A DNA stretch of 64,000 bases from Ascidiella aspersa (GCA_963924565.1 OZ004607.1:35960001-36024000); one strand, 5' to 3'. Counted from the stretch's first letter, positions 1 through 14,750 are shown. Notes: a model not told the origin generated them from the letters alone. Numbers and translations are program-made.

Positions 1-49
1 AACCTTAGAAATTGCCAGGGCGCCCCGGCACCCCGGTTGAGAACCACTG
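1..49. mobile_element. End of a hAT-type MITE, truncated by the window edge
   Basis: Terminal GGTTGAGAACCACTG (reverse complement CAGTGGTTCTCAACC) preceded by subterminal GGCACCCC; same end structure as the elements at 24661 and 57630. Confidence 0.75.
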
Positions 50-1574
50 CCATAAAAAGTCCGGAACATGGCCAAGGGCGACTCACTGACTGTCAACTCA
101 GTGACAGAACGCCGGTCAGCAATATGTTGGGCGACCGGCCAAACCCGGTTACACCAAATCCCATCGACCCTTGTTGAAGGGAAACTTGAACGTTTCCGGG
201 GGAGGTTAGCTGGCTGTGCGTCAAGTGTGCCGAAAAAGGCCAGACTTTGTGGCCGGTTTAAACTCGGCCGGCCCATGTTCTGAGGCCGTTGTTGGAGCTG
301 AAGGGGAACCAATACCTCTACAGTAATCTTGCCAAGGTGAATACATCCTCAGGGTTTGTAAAACGTCCAACGAAAATAACAGGATGGATAAAATCCACAC
401 CTGATTTGTAGACAACAAACTATAGTTATATAAAACACTTCCATAAGTTGAAAAGCACACAAAAGGGGTGACAAAATTCACCATAAGACGCCCTGGGATA
501 CAAATTTCAAAAAACAAAACAGGAAAGAAAACAAGGTGTTGGTATCAGTAGAAAAGTCCGGCCCCGCAAAACGGCCAGAATTCCTTTTGTCAGATGGTTG
601 AGATTCGACGCTTAATAAGTCACGTCCGGGGTCGCGCCGAACCTATTCTGTCCTCAAGTGCATCTGACCTCGCCTTTTTGTGTTGAGAAGGGCGCGGTGG
701 AAAAACGTGATTGCCTTTTGTAAGCGGCGAGCAGTATTTCTTTATGTGTCGCAAAGCCGCGTTTCAATTCTACAGGAGCTGTGTTGTTGTTGAACTTTAA
801 ATTGTTTTTTTTTTAAACTGCGCGTGTATGGAGCATTGTGGAGCGTTGTCCCGGTCAATTTCGTTTCACAAATGTAGTGTCCTGGTTTACCACCGAAACA
901 CATCAGTAACTAAAACGTGTTTAAACAACTGTGCAAGTCATATAAACAGTGGAAAAAATCAAAATCAACGAACAATTCCTGGTGAGAAAATAGTGAAGTC
1001 TCGAAGACAACACTGTATTCGATCTTAAGCACAAATAACTCTCAGAAACGAAATAGACATTGACACCCTGATGCACAGAATTTTCACCAACTAAACATTC
1101 TTCTAAACACCATGCTTTAAAATGCTCGCTTAGTACTGATTTCGCGATAACACCAACATTTCTGAATCAACTCGTTTCCACTCGGTTTGCCTTCTTATCG
1201 TCAGAGCTTGTTGCCAGCGCGAACGCAACCTCCACTATAAGTGACAAAACGAACGAGGACCGCAGATAAGGAGCCGCGTGTTCCGGGCTTGCTTTTCCAA
1301 CTTGCAACATGCGAACCGTGAGGCTTCCACCGCAGCAACGCTTTGATCCGCTCAACTGAGATACACTCCTGTCAAAACCTGCCGGACCTTTGCAGTTCGT
1401 GTCGCCTCGGCAGTCGTAAACAAGTTATACGGCCGTTAAACGGAAATTCCGATGTTTCAGTTCAAAGGCAAAAAACATTTGGAGCTGAACTTGGGAGATG
1501 AAAGTGCGAACCAGCGTGACAGGCGGGCGGCTGGCACGCGAAGGTTCTTATTAGATGTGCGTTGGGCATTGGGC

Positions 1575-1997
1575 AAGGGATGTCCGATAATATCGGATCG
1601 GAGCCGATACCCGATGCCAAGTGGTGGTATCGATGTTCGTCCGATATTAGGGTGGTATCGATGTTCGTCCGATACTAGGGTCGTATCGGTGCCGATCCGA
1701 TACTAAATTAGCATAGGTATTTTAACCACAATTTGTCACCCAATGCAGCAATTGCTTCCTTAATGGAAATTCATTCAAAAAGTGCTAAGTAAACAACTGA
1801 TGGTAATTAGATTTCTTGAAACTACAGAACAAATTGACCTAATAAGTCGCGAAAAATTATCCAACGTTTTAATTTATTGATTTTGTTCGCTTTAACACAG
1901 TTATGACGTCATCGGTATCGAATTGGATCCGATACTTTCAGTTTAAAATATCGGGTATCGGTGTCGGAATGAAAATGACAAGAATCGGACATCCCTG
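1575..1997 (+). mobile_element. MITE, CAGGGATGTCCGAT family, copy 1
   Basis: TIRs AAGGGATGTCCGAT / ATCGGACATCCCTG; many internal (G)TATCG/CCGATAC subterminal repeats; homologous to 63016-63434 and 41978-42449 in opposite orientation. No clear TSD. Confidence 0.8.
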
Positions 1998-4900
1998 TAG
2001 TGTTTTTGGCTTAAGTCGGCTCAACTAAACGTACACTTCAGCAAATTCAAACAGTTGAAATTTTAGCGAAGAGCGCCTGTCTATTCCAGTGACGTTAAAC
2101 CAAAAACCTCAAAGCAAATATATGTGCCAACGGATTTCCGATGGCCTTTCAAAACTCGACAGCTGATCACTGACAAACAAGGCCTGGGTGACAGACATCT
2201 ACGGGTTAAACAGGCTCAAGTTGGGAGCTGAGGGACCGTAAGGCCACCAACGACGCTTCAACACCACGACATTGCGTATACGAGCGATTCAAGTGGGTAT
2301 TGCGCGCCGGGAGTTGGCTGGAGATATATAGACCGACAACAAACAGCAATCTCGCGGCTTTCGTGAAAGCGGCGCGGCCTTAATTAGTCTAATCCACGAT
2401 CCCGATCGTTTCCAGTCGTCGCTAAGGCTGCGGGCGATCGGATATCTGAGCAATGATTGTTCGACGTGCGTTTCAAGGATCTAGAAGGCAAAATAAGCAA
2501 ACGCCGGCTTCGCCGCATAAAAGGTAAATTTTGACTAGTAAGGGAGAAACTGCTTGCAGCAAAGCTGTTGCAAAGCAAAGACATTACATATACGAAAGGC
2601 ATTTTTTCTTTGGAAATTCCATTATTTTAACGGATTCTTATGTGGTTAAAGTTTGTATCATAAAATTCCGCCATACTTCTGCAGGATCAGCGTATTGTAA
2701 AGCGCAGCATTCCGCCACGGAAAAGGTTAACGAGGTTGTAAAAAATCATATCGAAAAAAAAAGCGGCGCGGGGTTAGGCAATAAATCGGATTTGCCAACT
2801 CGTTAACATTTTTGACGTTTAATTTTATTTAATGTCAAGGGACTACGTGATGGTTTAGTTCGTACAATATGAAGTCATTGGTGGGCAGACAAAGCATACA
2901 TTTTTTTGTATCTGTTTATATTTTGAAGTAAAAAAGTGCAAAAATAAAAATAGTTGTGTTAGAGTAATTAAAAAAAGTCTTTACGGCAAAATAAAGCTAG
3001 GTAATTTAAACACGAAAGCAAAACCGTTACAGTTTCGACGGGCGCGCACATTTTTTTAGAATCCTATAAACGCCAGCTGCAGGCCCCTTGCAAACGCTGC
3101 ACGCCGGACTTGTATCTACAACATCAGCCGGCCCTAAAGAGCGAAATGCTTGGTTTAATGTGCATAGGAAGAGGCGCTTGATAAAGGACTGGGGATGCGG
3201 TTCACAGGAGAAGCGACAGTCAACGACCCATCCTTTCAATACTAATGGCGATGACACACGCAATAGATAAGGCACGCTAGATCATTGCACACGTGCCTGT
3301 TATGTAAACTGAAAAGCGGGAAATTTATCAATTTTGATCAAATTTAATGCCCTTGGGTTTTATTTTCCGTAAACCACCCAAAGGTGGATATAACGCTTTA
3401 ACCTTCAGGGCGGATAATGCTGTTTACACCCTATGTTAATCCACCCAAAAAGGGGGAGGAATTCTACGAACCCACCAGGTGTAGAGCTTGACAGATTGAC
3501 GACGTGAGTGTTTTTATGCAGTTTTGGCACCGCGACAATAATATTGACTCTGAAAAAAGGGGTTCCGGTCCCCATAATAACGACGCACAGCCGCGTAGCT
3601 TGGGTGGCCGACCATTTGTTGTGGAAACGCCGCGGATAAAGCGACAGCAACCGTGGAAGGGGCTCAAATGCTGTTTGGTGACAACACAAGGTTTGGGTTT
3701 ATGTTTAACACAAAAGGGTAAAATATGAAAACATTGGGTAAGTGTCTAAAATATTTAATAGAGAAGCCATGCGAACTAAAATTGGAAACAGAATATATAA
3801 GAAGGGTTGCTGTGTTGTTTAAGCTTAAAAGCAACCAAGAAATTTAAAAAAATAATTGAGATTTTGAACCATTGCACTTGAGTTAGATTTCAAGTCAAAA
3901 GCGGTTAAGGTGTTTGCCTGGGTCAAGATTAAAAATGCAAAGCACTGTAGGGTACTAAAAATAGCGTATCCCAAAGCCTTAGTATCACAGGAGCAACATA
4001 TTTACAAATGTACGCTTCTCTGTTTTCAAGCAACACGGGTGATACACTTTCAACACTTTCATTTCAAAACACAAACAGCCCACATTTGTCGCCCGTTGAA
4101 AAGAGCAGTTAATAGATTCAGTTTAATCCGACCTTCGTTTAAAGCAGCATTTAAACGCTATTCACGCGACAACAGAATACCTCTCTACCCCGTAGCTCAG
4201 CAAATGAGCCTAAACAGTGTCATTGTACAGGCGTGTTTAGGGTTGTCTAATTCGCTATAGACCGACCCACGGCAATCCCACGGTCTTGGCGCTTCTTTAG
4301 TTGTTGCGGCGAAGCTTAATTGGATAAGTCCTGACGCGACTGAAAACAACAAGGCAACCGGATCTCCGGCCTGCGCTAGTCGGGCTGAATAGATTGCCGC
4401 TTGCCTTACTGAGCAAATAAATAGGCCTTGGACCACAAGGCTTCGCAGCCTGTCGACTTGATTGTAGTGGTGTCTGTTGGCCAAGTCGGTGGTCGTTTTT
4501 ATTTTTTCTCGACAACAATTTCGCGTTGACGAGGCATCGGTCTTCATTGGACAGACGCCTAACAAACAATTGGGTTTCGTTTTGCTTAAAATTTGCGGTG
4601 CGTGGATGGGAATGTATAGTCTTGAAACCTCGTTTGCATTGTATAGATCGAGAGGTATGCGGGATATTTGCGCTGTATAGTTTCTTTGCACAAATTAAAG
4701 CCAAAATGTGGCACCAAGTCACATATTTAATTATATTAAGAGCGAAATACGCGCTTGTTCCATTGTGACATAACCTGCATCGATTTTAAGGTGCTTAAGG
4801 TGATTCCTGGCAGAAAATTGGGGTGCTAAGCACCTCTGTAAAAAGACGGAAATGTTGTCATATATCAACCTTGCGTTTTGTAGAATAATCTCAATAAGCC

Positions 4901-5404
4901 TAACCTTGTGAAACTGCTGCAGTCGGCGACCGAACCAAATCAAACAAAGACACAATTTGGGTCGCGACCAATGGGTCAAGCCTGCGTACAGAAACGGAGT
5001 TTAACTGGTTTGCACACTTTACGTAAAACAGCGGTAAAGTTTCAGATCGAAAAGCACCAGGTCGAATTTCAAATCCCAAAACTGCGAGCCGCCCAAACTC
5101 GAGATCGGCTCTGACGTTTGCTCGCGGCCAGCATACGAGAAACCAAAGCAGGGACACAAAAGGGGGTTGACATTTAAAAAAGCGCCTTGGTAAGTGGGCA
5201 GAGGGGGCGAGCGGACACTCTGTTTGTCCTTTGTAGCTTTATAGCGCTCTCGGAATGCAAACAAAGTTCGACTGTGACTTTGTAACAAGGACACCGGGTT
5301 GCTCTTTTGAGCTGCCAAGAGAAGGGCAGATAGCGAGGCGTTGAGAAGACAAACAAAAAAGCGCCGGGGCTGTTTAATCCTGACTAGTTAAGGCACTTGG
5401 GTTG

Positions 5405-6092
5405 GTAAAAAAAGCCTTACCGTTGGTGGAGTACTATTGTCAGCCCACGTTATTGACCCACATCGCAATTGTCAAAGCTATCATTTTCGTAAAGCCCTTT
5501 CTGAATTGCTTCACCACTTAGCCAGTCTACCCAAAAGCATTTATACAAATGTTTTTTATATAACAATTAAAGCCGACTTTTCGTACAGCAACGCAGCCTA
5601 TAAAATGTCTCGTCCTAATAATTCACCATGTAATGTTTTAACTTTCCTTTGCCTTCCCAATTTTAACTGTGTTTTCGGTCGATTTTCGCACAGCAACGCA
5701 ACCTGGAGAATAGGGAGCATACGAATTTTACTCTAAGTTTTCCTGTGATTTTGACGTTTGATTGACGCAGTTAAGTTAAGTAAAAAACCTTACTGCTGGT
5801 AGAGTATTATTGCTAGTACGCGTTATCAAAATTGGCAAAGCTATTATTTTCGCAAAACCTTTTGTGCATTTCGCCACCACTTCACAGCTTTTATACAAAC
5901 TAGAATTCTTTTTCAATTACAGCTAACTTTTCGTACAGCAACGGAGCCTGGAAAATGTCGTCTTGTAAGTTTGCCAAGCCCCCTTTATCGGCCACACACT
6001 TGACTATTACAAATTTTAGCCTGTTTTACCATTTTTTTCCAGGTTTAATTTTGTTTTGACCCATATTTCGCACAGCAACGCAACCTGGAAAA
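5405..6092. repeat. Diverged tandem duplication, period about 375 bp
   Basis: 5405-5710 aligns with 5780-6092; the sub-motif TTTCGYACAGCAACG(C/G)ARCCT occurs four times. Confidence 0.85.
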
Positions 6093-9000
6093 AAACGAAG
6101 ACGAGAGATTTAAACCTAGCCAAGTATTCGTGCTTGTTTGCTTGCCCTTGGCCGGTATGCGCGAAGGTGACTTTTCACGAGTGTTATGGATGCCGGTGTT
6201 GACTCTCCGGTCAGCTATACCCTTTAAAAAACCAAGGCCTGTAAACGCGCGGACTTGACTCTCGCGAGAGGGCCGTGATTGATTTGCACTTAGAGCGGCT
6301 CTGAGACACGCAAAGCGAAATTTCTAGTCTCAACTTGCTAATTAAACGAAAAACAAGCAACAACCACAACCTCCTCTTTCTTGGAGCACTGATCACAACT
6401 TATTACGTGAATACCTCATACAATAAAAGAACTATACAAAGACATAAAGTTGGTTAATTTTCACCTTTGAGTAGTAATTTTAGTGAAACAAAGTCTAACG
6501 CATTCGAAAATAAAATTATGGCTAATAGTAATCACTGTTTATTTTTTACATTAATTTTGCCTTTTAATACTTTTAATTCATTTCTTGTTAAGGTCGCTGT
6601 TTTTAGCAATACAGAAAGATGTCAATAATGGTTTTGGACATATAAAAAACATATCGAATAGTTATTTGGGTTTTTGAGCTTTTAGCTGTAGATGGCTCAA
6701 TGTTAAATGCCAAATTTCCTCGACAAACTTTATTTTATTGACAGGAATTTATTCAGTCCACACGCTTGAATGAGCGACATGTACGGGGGTGGAAAGGACC
6801 CTGATAAAAAGCACACGACCCCCTTTTGCCCCACTGTGTGTAAGCCGCTCGTAAATCGCGGGGATATTATTGGTCTCCTGTGTGTACGAAGAGGCCCACG
6901 CCGCCGCGTCTCTGTTGATCGAGCGATGTCGACGCGAATTTGCGGGCAAAACAATAAGCATCGCGCAGAGAGTTGGATGATAAACATGGGCGTTCGATTT
7001 TTTTACAGCCGCAAATCGAACTTTTACGAGCCATACACACGGAGTCGTTTCAGGATAGAAGTTAGAAGTTTGGTTGTAACTTGGCGTAAAATCGACATCA
7101 AGGGTTCTAAGCAGACAACAAAACAAGAACGAAATAATTTATTCGGGCCTAAAATTGTTTTTATTTTTTTTTATTTTCTTTTTTTCTTTTTTTTGGAGCC
7201 TCAAATTTACAGCGGAAACCGTCGTGGTAAAAAAACGAAAACTGTTTTCATCGTCGACTCGATACAGGCATTCGAGCAAATATCTCGCAGCCAAATTCCG
7301 CGCGCGGCAGCGACGCACCCCACCACCCTTCCCCCCTCCCCCCCAAAAAAAAGAGGGGGCAGGTCACGAAACCCGACCGCACAACAAAATGCCGCGACAG
7401 GGCGACAACTACTTTGACGCGCGAACGCTTGCGGCTGATCCGTCGAAATTACAGCGACGACACTCCAGTGTCAAGTCGACGGGAACAAGAGATTTCAATC
7501 GCGTTTTTTCGTCGGGGCGCTGGTTCGTGATGTGTTTGCCACTTTACATCGTTTTTTGCAGTGTTTTTTTTCTGGTGCTTCCTACCCGCGGAGTTTTGAA
7601 AGCGTTTTAAAGAAAAGTAGCTGTGATCAATATCTTCCAAGTGAGTGCCTAACTAATCTATATATACAATAACGGAGACACTTTCATGAAAAAATATAAT
7701 TGTCCATATGGCAAAAAGCAATGTTTGTTTTACAAAAAATACACAGCAACTTTAAAATGTCTCTTGTTTAACTTGTATTTGACAGCATTATTTTGCCTCC
7801 TTATCACATAGAACGAGTGTTATGACAGGGCCCGAAATACACGCAGGATTGCCAAACCTGGCAAACCCTGTGTTAGAAGACACGATTTTAAGCCCAGTGA
7901 ATATAAAGCAACCAAGAAAAAGTTTCGAAGTCCGCCAACCCCAACAGCGACCAGCTGGCTGGCATATGTGAATTTTTCAGCCTGAAATCAGCCTTAAATA
8001 GAATTAAGTCAAGTACACTTAAAGCCAAACAAAAGGCAGTTGGAACCAGCACAATACACACCCTAACTCTGTACCGTGTGTTTTACGCAAAGAGGAACTT
8101 GTGCTAGTGGTTTCACTACGGAGAACGCTCAGTAAGCACAGGGCAGTTTAACGCGCTGTAGGCTTTATTCATAAAACAAGGCTAAATGTGCTTTCGTCTC
8201 TCGCTAAAGTGAGCCACACCTTGCTTGTTTACACCCACTCAACCAGCAGCTGCTGTATACAGTGATGGGCGTAAGAATTGGAATAAGTCTTTCCGGATTA
8301 AGACATTACGGTTTGCCACAAAACGTATACGTTTTAAAAAACGTTTAAATTGGAAAGCGGCGCTTATAAAAAAAAAACTAAACTAAAATCCATCGCGTAT
8401 AGGCACAAGGGTAAGCTGGAAAAATGTATCTGACATGTTTGGCGAAACATAACGACGTCATAAAGCAATCGGAGCAACTGTTGGCATGGAATTTCGCGAA
8501 TTGCGACATAACCGCGCTTAATGTATAACATGCAAGGTCGAATTACTCTGCAGTACACAGCTGCTCTGGGTACTATCATATATTATACCTTCATTTCATC
8601 GCATATTAGACCTTCATTTATTCTGATAATGTGCTAAGAAATAGGGGTTCGAAAACGTTCGACTGTGAAAAAGAGATTCATCTTAACGAAACGTTAACAT
8701 CATAAGTTGTACTTACATTCAGGAACGTCGATAGCTTTTCGATTTCGTTTGCCAGGCAAACTCCCGTAAGCAGAGCAAAGACGACTAGAAGTTCCATTCC
8801 GTGCTATTTTACAAAGATCCTTGGTTTTATTAAAAAATGTTACTGGCTATTTCTCGCTGAAACAGTTCAGTAGTCTCCCTAATTTTATTTTATTTTAATT
8901 TCTTCTTGCACCTTGAAGAAAACACAAGCTTCGCATGTCAACAAGGAAAAAGTTGCTTGATATCAAATCAACGTGTAAGATAACATACTACTGAGAAAAG

Positions 9001-9740
9001 GGTCATTATATAGGTAGCGCATGTTGTGCAACTCAGACAGGCTATTCAGGGACAGTTAACATCAAAATTCGCAGTGTCTATATAGGCATTTGCACAGAAA
9101 ATAGTCGTTTGCTTGAATTTCGTCGAAAACACAGCAATTTGACGGAGACCCGAAACGCTATGTTTCATCTTGAACGCAATTTGGCGACAAAAATCGCTTT
9201 AGGGGCGCAAAAAATTGCACACTTCACTCGCGAAACACCCAATTCCCGCAAATGTCTTTGTAATTTTGACATGAGCAAGACCTGGCATTATTTGTCGAAA
9301 GTACGTACCGAAAAACGCAGAAGAATTTTTAAAATGTGGCGCACTGCGCAAAACAGCCACCTGGCTTGCTAAAGAATTCTCTATTTCAAAAAAAACTCTT
9401 TTCTCTTGCCACCTGCCCTTAGAAACCCCATGTTGCGTTTACTTAAACAGGTGACGGAATACCGCGTGCTTACATTCCTTCGTCTCAAGTTGTTTGCTTT
9501 AGACGTTGGTAAGACTGCTGTGATATCGCTGTACAAATGTTCAGCTGCCTTATATAGTTGGAAATTTAGCACACGGCTACGCAATAACTTCGCTAAATTC
9601 GACTTTTGCTAATCAACAAGAAATACGCGTAACTGCATTTTGTAGCCAAAGAGTAATGAGCGCCACAATATTTGGCCAAAAAACGAAAAAGTATATGAAA
9701 ACTATACCATTTCTAAATTAAAATCATTTTTGACATAACA

Positions 9741-9860
9741 AACTGAAAGAAGTACAAAATTATAAAAAAAAATTAATCAAGGTGATTTTAATCCTCTCGA
9801 ACTTTTCGGTTTTACAATTCATTATCAAACTATACATTACAGATCCGTGTATAGTGTACC
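9741..9860 (+). mobile_element. Decayed copy of hammerhead element family C, tail conserved
   Basis: CAATTCATTATCAAACTATACATTACAGATCCGTG..AGTGTACC matches 39571-39619; TTAATCAAGGTGAT matches the family C post-cleavage sequence; ribozyme core eroded. Confidence 0.6.
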
Positions 9861-10421
9861 TCAATATAAAAAATCCTTTTCTAATTAAAGAGCTGACGCT
9901 TATAAATCGTTGGCCTTCTGCTTAAAATAGCGAAAGCAGCTTCGATAATGCTTTCCTCGGCCAGAAAGACTGCGCTAGCCTCGGGAGACGCAGCAATGCC
10001 GCAAAACCGTACAAGAGAGACAAGCCTAATCCCACTGAGCCCTCTGTACCGCGGCACGTTTGTTGCCGTCAAGTTCGCTCTGACAGAAATCCCGGCCGCG
10101 TTTCGGGTGTCGAAAGCCGGCCGAAAACTACTCGACCTTTTCGGTTTTCTAGAGAGTGGATTTGCGGCTGTGCTGAACTTTAACTTGGAAGCATAAGCGC
10201 TGTTGAATCTACTGTTTAATTGCTGGTGGTTACACCCTAAACGCCCCAGTTACAACGTTAAAACTGCTATTTCTGCGGCTGTGTTGGCTGTAATATATCC
10301 TTAGCTTTGTCTGCAATTTTCATTTTATTCAATAACGGACTATTAAATAACAAAAGTAAACAAGTATCAGTGTATCAATCTTTGTTGATCGCCGCCTTTG
10401 TCTTATTCAATAACTGAAAAT

Positions 10422-10602
10422 AAGTGGAATTGTCGAAAAATTGTATTTTAGGTGAACGGGCTTTCGCACAACCGTGCTTCATCAGGTCAGCACAAGATTC
10501 GCACTTCAGGTCAGAGTATAAGAATCAGAATCTTACAATGATGAAGCACGGTTGTGCGCAAGGTCTTCAACTCAAAAATACAATTTTATTAACATGCTAC
10601 TT
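10422..10602. mobile_element. Palindromic element with minimal hammerhead motif in each arm (family B)
   Basis: Inverted arms. Minus strand 10489-10452 reads TGAC CTGATGA A GCAC-GGTT-GTGC GAAA GC CC GTTCA. Plus arm reads ATGATGA A GCAC-GGTT-GTGC GCAA (mutated core). Confidence 0.75.
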
Positions 10603-10945
10603 GTTTTAAGTTTCCCTGTAAATCCCTTGTTGTCTATAGGTAATTCAAATTCTAAAAAGCTTCAACTTCTCATGGTATACACTGCAATGAGCTGCCCTTC
10701 TGCCGTGTCAAATAACTAACGAGAAAATCCAGTTCTTATGATCAATCTAAATGACCTGGCAGCCTCGCAAATGCAACACGTACATTTGAACACACGACTA
10801 ACCCACCAGGGCGCTAAGACCAAAAGGCACATACACTTTTCCAAGTTGACACCTCGTTATATAGCCACAGAGTCGACTCCCTTATCCGGTTCTTTCCTGG
10901 AAATCAAGGCCGGGAGAAGAAAGGGATTTGGGGAAGAAACGCGTC

Positions 10946-11033
10946 GGGTCACGCAAAATGCGCGAGGTCACGCAACTCTTACATCGCACTTTACGCACGC
11001 AAAGTTGCGTAGGTAGGCGGGTCAGACAGGTCA
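10946..11033 (+). promoter_or_regulatory. Nuclear-receptor half-site cluster including a perfect DR3
   Basis: GGGTCA-gac-AGGTCA at 11019-11033, plus two further RGGTCA half-sites within about 75 bp upstream, in unique CpG-rich sequence. Confidence 0.45.
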
Positions 11034-14000
11034 AGTGGCAGATCATAGCGGCGCAATAGGCAATCGAAAGGGTCTTTCTCAGCTGAAAAGCGTTAAACTA
11101 GCGCGACGTTGTAAGGAAGCAGCTGGTTTTTAAATTGGCGGCAAAGTAAGTTTATATCTCTCAAAGTCTTTACTTTTCTCAAGGACAGCTCTTACATTTT
11201 TAGGGTCTTTGCTAAGTTAGTTTCCTGTTTTAACGAACTTATTAGACGGAGGACTCATCTAGTTATTAGTGGGAGAGTTTTTAACCAAATAATCACCACA
11301 GCTTTGCCCGTAATCGTAGCACCAGCAAGGGAGTTACTTAGCGCAGCATTAGATGAATAAATTTGGTTCATTGAATGGGCAATTAAATCGCTAATTTGTT
11401 TTGGAAATTGGAAAGTAAAGGGGCAGTTATTACACTTACAGCGTTTTTACGACGTTTTTTTTTCAGTTTAAACAATGCTTTTGGAACGGGAGTACAGACC
11501 ATATTAATCACAGCAGCTTTGCCCGTTGCCGTTACACTCGAAAAGGCGTTAAAAACGGCTCAGGCAATGTCAAGTGCCCAGCAGCGCAGGCCGTGTGTTT
11601 GGTTTTTAAATTAGCTCGCCCAATACCGCGACTGGATTCGGCGTGAAAGGCGAGCGTGAGAGAGTGAGAGTGCTCGTAATTCGACTCAAGTGGCTAATGA
11701 GCTTGATCGGAACCTAAGTCGGGCCCGGGCTGCAATTCACACGGGCGACGCGAGAATTTCCCAAAGCTTAACGGCTTTAATTTAAAGGGAACACGTTCAG
11801 AGCGTTTTCTATTAGTTAGATTAGAGGCATAGCACACAGTCATATTGTCTTTCTTATAGTACGCATGTAATGCAAATCCGTATCCTCTAGGATCTTTATA
11901 AAATTTACGTTAATTATTAAAGATAATGACAGAAGTTTGGGCTTTTTAGTTATATTGAATATAGTAGGGTAATGTTTATTTATTATTTTATAAACGCATT
12001 CTGCGGTTTATATTTTCCCACGAGAAATAGTTTTATTTGTAAGAGAAAACATTTCCGGCCATTGCTGGTTTTGAAGATACACCGCAATTACAGCCTTGAA
12101 CACACACGAGTTTAAGTAGAAATTTAATGGCACTATAATTATACAAGAAATAAAGACGTCATTAAAACGCTTTGGTGGGAACTTTGTTCGTCATCAGTAA
12201 TCGACGTTGATGAAGTTTATTTTGGTTGCAACAGAAACGTTATAATACCGTATCTCCATTTCCGCCAGGCACTAATTTCTACTTCTACAAATCAGACCGG
12301 CTTACAGTGCGCAGTATATTCGTAAAGAACTTGGAGACATATAGCCTTTATAAACCGGCGCTTACAACTACAGCTACTGTGAGAAACTCTACCGAGCTCG
12401 CGTGGACGATTTACCGCCAGGCCCTGATTTAAATCCACCGCCGACCGCCTAAAGGCAGAGGATGAACAAACCGTCGCTTTTCGGGTAACAAGACCACATA
12501 ACACCGGGGAAATAACAGCGGGAAAGTTAAAGGTACAGGTATGCCACGTCGACTTTGTACTCGCCCAAAAGTCCAATACACGCTTGTTGTTTTAACGTTT
12601 GCGGTTAATAAGCACGTTAGGGCCGTTACGCTCGACCGAAGGCAATAAACCGATAATGGAGCCGGGGCATTTCGAAAGCCACAGCGGCAGCTTTAAAGTT
12701 GGAATGCACTTTGCAAACCGCGCACGCGTTTCGAGTGTAAGCATGTGGGCTTGACATTGCAAAAATGCGCAGAGCCTCGCGTTAGACCTACACACGTGCT
12801 TGTTAGGTGCGCTCAAAAGGGCGATTTACTGCACAAAAAACGTAAAAACTTAAATATTGTGCGTTAAAACACAAATAAAAACCAGTTGACTATTCAGGTC
12901 TAACGGAAATTAAAATTTAAACTTCCATGCCCATCTAAAAGAAAAAAAAACGGAACAAACTGTGGCTTAAAAAGCAACAGCAGCATTAGTGTAAGCAGTC
13001 TAGCTTGGGCGATTAACAGATGGGCACGGGCGGACGAATTACGGAAGCCGTGTTTGCCTTGCGCCGGTCCGAGAAAAATTAAAGCGCACATGGGCGGCCG
13101 AGTCAACAAAACGAGGCAGAGATTGCGTTGTCAAAGCACCAAGCTAGGCCCAAACACCACAGGTCGACGGCGGTTTCCACAGCTGCTGTTATACAAGAGC
13201 TGCAATCGGGCGCTTTAACGATTGGCTGCTAAACGACGTCGCTTCGTCGACCGCTAGCTGGTAAAAAGCCGCGAGGAACAATGCCTTCGTTGTAGTGCTT
13301 AGGCTTTCTATTCCGGTTACACGGCCTCGTCAATGATTAAAGAGCGACCGCCGAATTGGGGAGTCGCGAACGCAAGGCGGACTCCTGTACCGCTGGCAAA
13401 ACAACCGACTGGAAGCTGCTAATCTCTCTGTCCTCGGTTCGACGCTGCAATCTTAGTTGCTACTCCACACCTGCCTTCTAAACTCGGCTATCGCTCAAAC
13501 CTTTCCAGCAACAGCTCGCAAAAGGCAAAGTACGCGAGTGGGAAGATTGCCTTTTTCGCGCGCGCCTCTCTCGCGCCGCCCCTTTTTCTTCTCGCGCTTC
13601 TCTCGTTCTTGCCGCGACCTTCTCTTCGCAAACTCACGGCTTTTTCTTTTTGTTTGCTGACCATCCGGGATTTGACTCTTAGCTAAAAATAACTGTACTT
13701 CGGCGATTTTTAACCGTGACACCTCTGACAACGGCTGGCGTGTAAAAAAAAGGATTAGGCGTAATTTAGTCACCACTAGGCCTCAAAAGAATTTCACCTA
13801 TTTACGTCTAAAAAATACACTTAAGCAATGTGACGCAGCAAAGGCATTTTTATCGTGGGAAATAACTGTGCATTAAAATACCGCATCAGACGACTTTAAA
13901 CAACAAAAACAGCTTTTCTGGCGTTATTTCAAACAACAACTAACTCAAATGCCATCTTGTTTACAGCCGATAAAAAAGGGGCGGAATTAGTGGAAAAAAA

Positions 14001-14412
14001 AACAAAAAGCATTCGGGCGAGCCCCAATTTCCTGGGTCGGGCCCCAAATTGACAGGTATTAATGAAAAGTGTGTTTCCCCAAATCCGAAGTTTGATTTTC
14101 ACGCATCCAAGCGTGACCGAGACTGGATTACGCGACAATGGGGTCTGTGTCGTCACAAAGGGATATAGGGAGCCAGAATTTTGACGCACGTTCTTGCTGG
14201 AGTTGGCAAAACACAGCTGGATAGGGTTTACACACGGGATTAGGCCGGACAGGTTTTACATACTGGCCATTTGTGTTGGTTGGATGTTAATTCGGAGGTG
14301 CGATTGCAAAATAGGACAGATGCTGGGCAACCTGTCAATCAAGTTGTTGTTTTGGCCACGCTTTACAACAAAGCAAATAAAGCTAATTTGGGGTTTTTAA
14401 ATTGATTTAAAT

Positions 14413-14750
14413 CAGGGGTCATCATACTTTGTTTTCAGGGCCGGATAACTGTAAGCATTGGTGATTGCGGGCCGGATATAAAAATTTTTGTCGCAGTTTA
14501 TTAACTTGATTATTATCGTTAAACGAATTGGAAATACAAGAACAATTTTGGAAAATCAATTCGCATTTGAAAGTGCAAGTGACCATGCGTGTGAGGCTTT
14601 TCGTCAAAATTCAGTTTTAAATTGCATTTGGCGACATTTTTACTGTGATTTATTTGAAGTGTACTTTTCTTCATCAGGAAAATATGCCGCGGGCCAGTAA
14701 AATAGCTCTGCAGGCCGGATTAAACCACGGGCTGTAGTTGGCGACCCTTG
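14413..14750. mobile_element. hAT-type MITE
   Basis: Ends CAGGGGTC / GACCCTTG; subterminal GGGCCG repeats; 8-bp TSD ATTTAAAT/ATTTAGAT (7/8). Confidence 0.85.

Noticed and set aside
2991-3277. Partial matches to miR-79/miR-9* (ATAAAGCTAGGT, 2991) and miR-124 (TAAGGCACGC, 3268)
   Set aside because: Only 10-12 nt match, 3' halves diverge, no hairpins.
6770-7417. Longest ORF (215 aa)
   Set aside because: Runs through poly-T and poly-C tracts, low-complexity translation, no recognisable domain.
13495-13776. Arg/Lys/Glu-rich 93-aa ORF
   Set aside because: Simply the translation of a CT/CG-rich low-complexity tract; no start or splice support.
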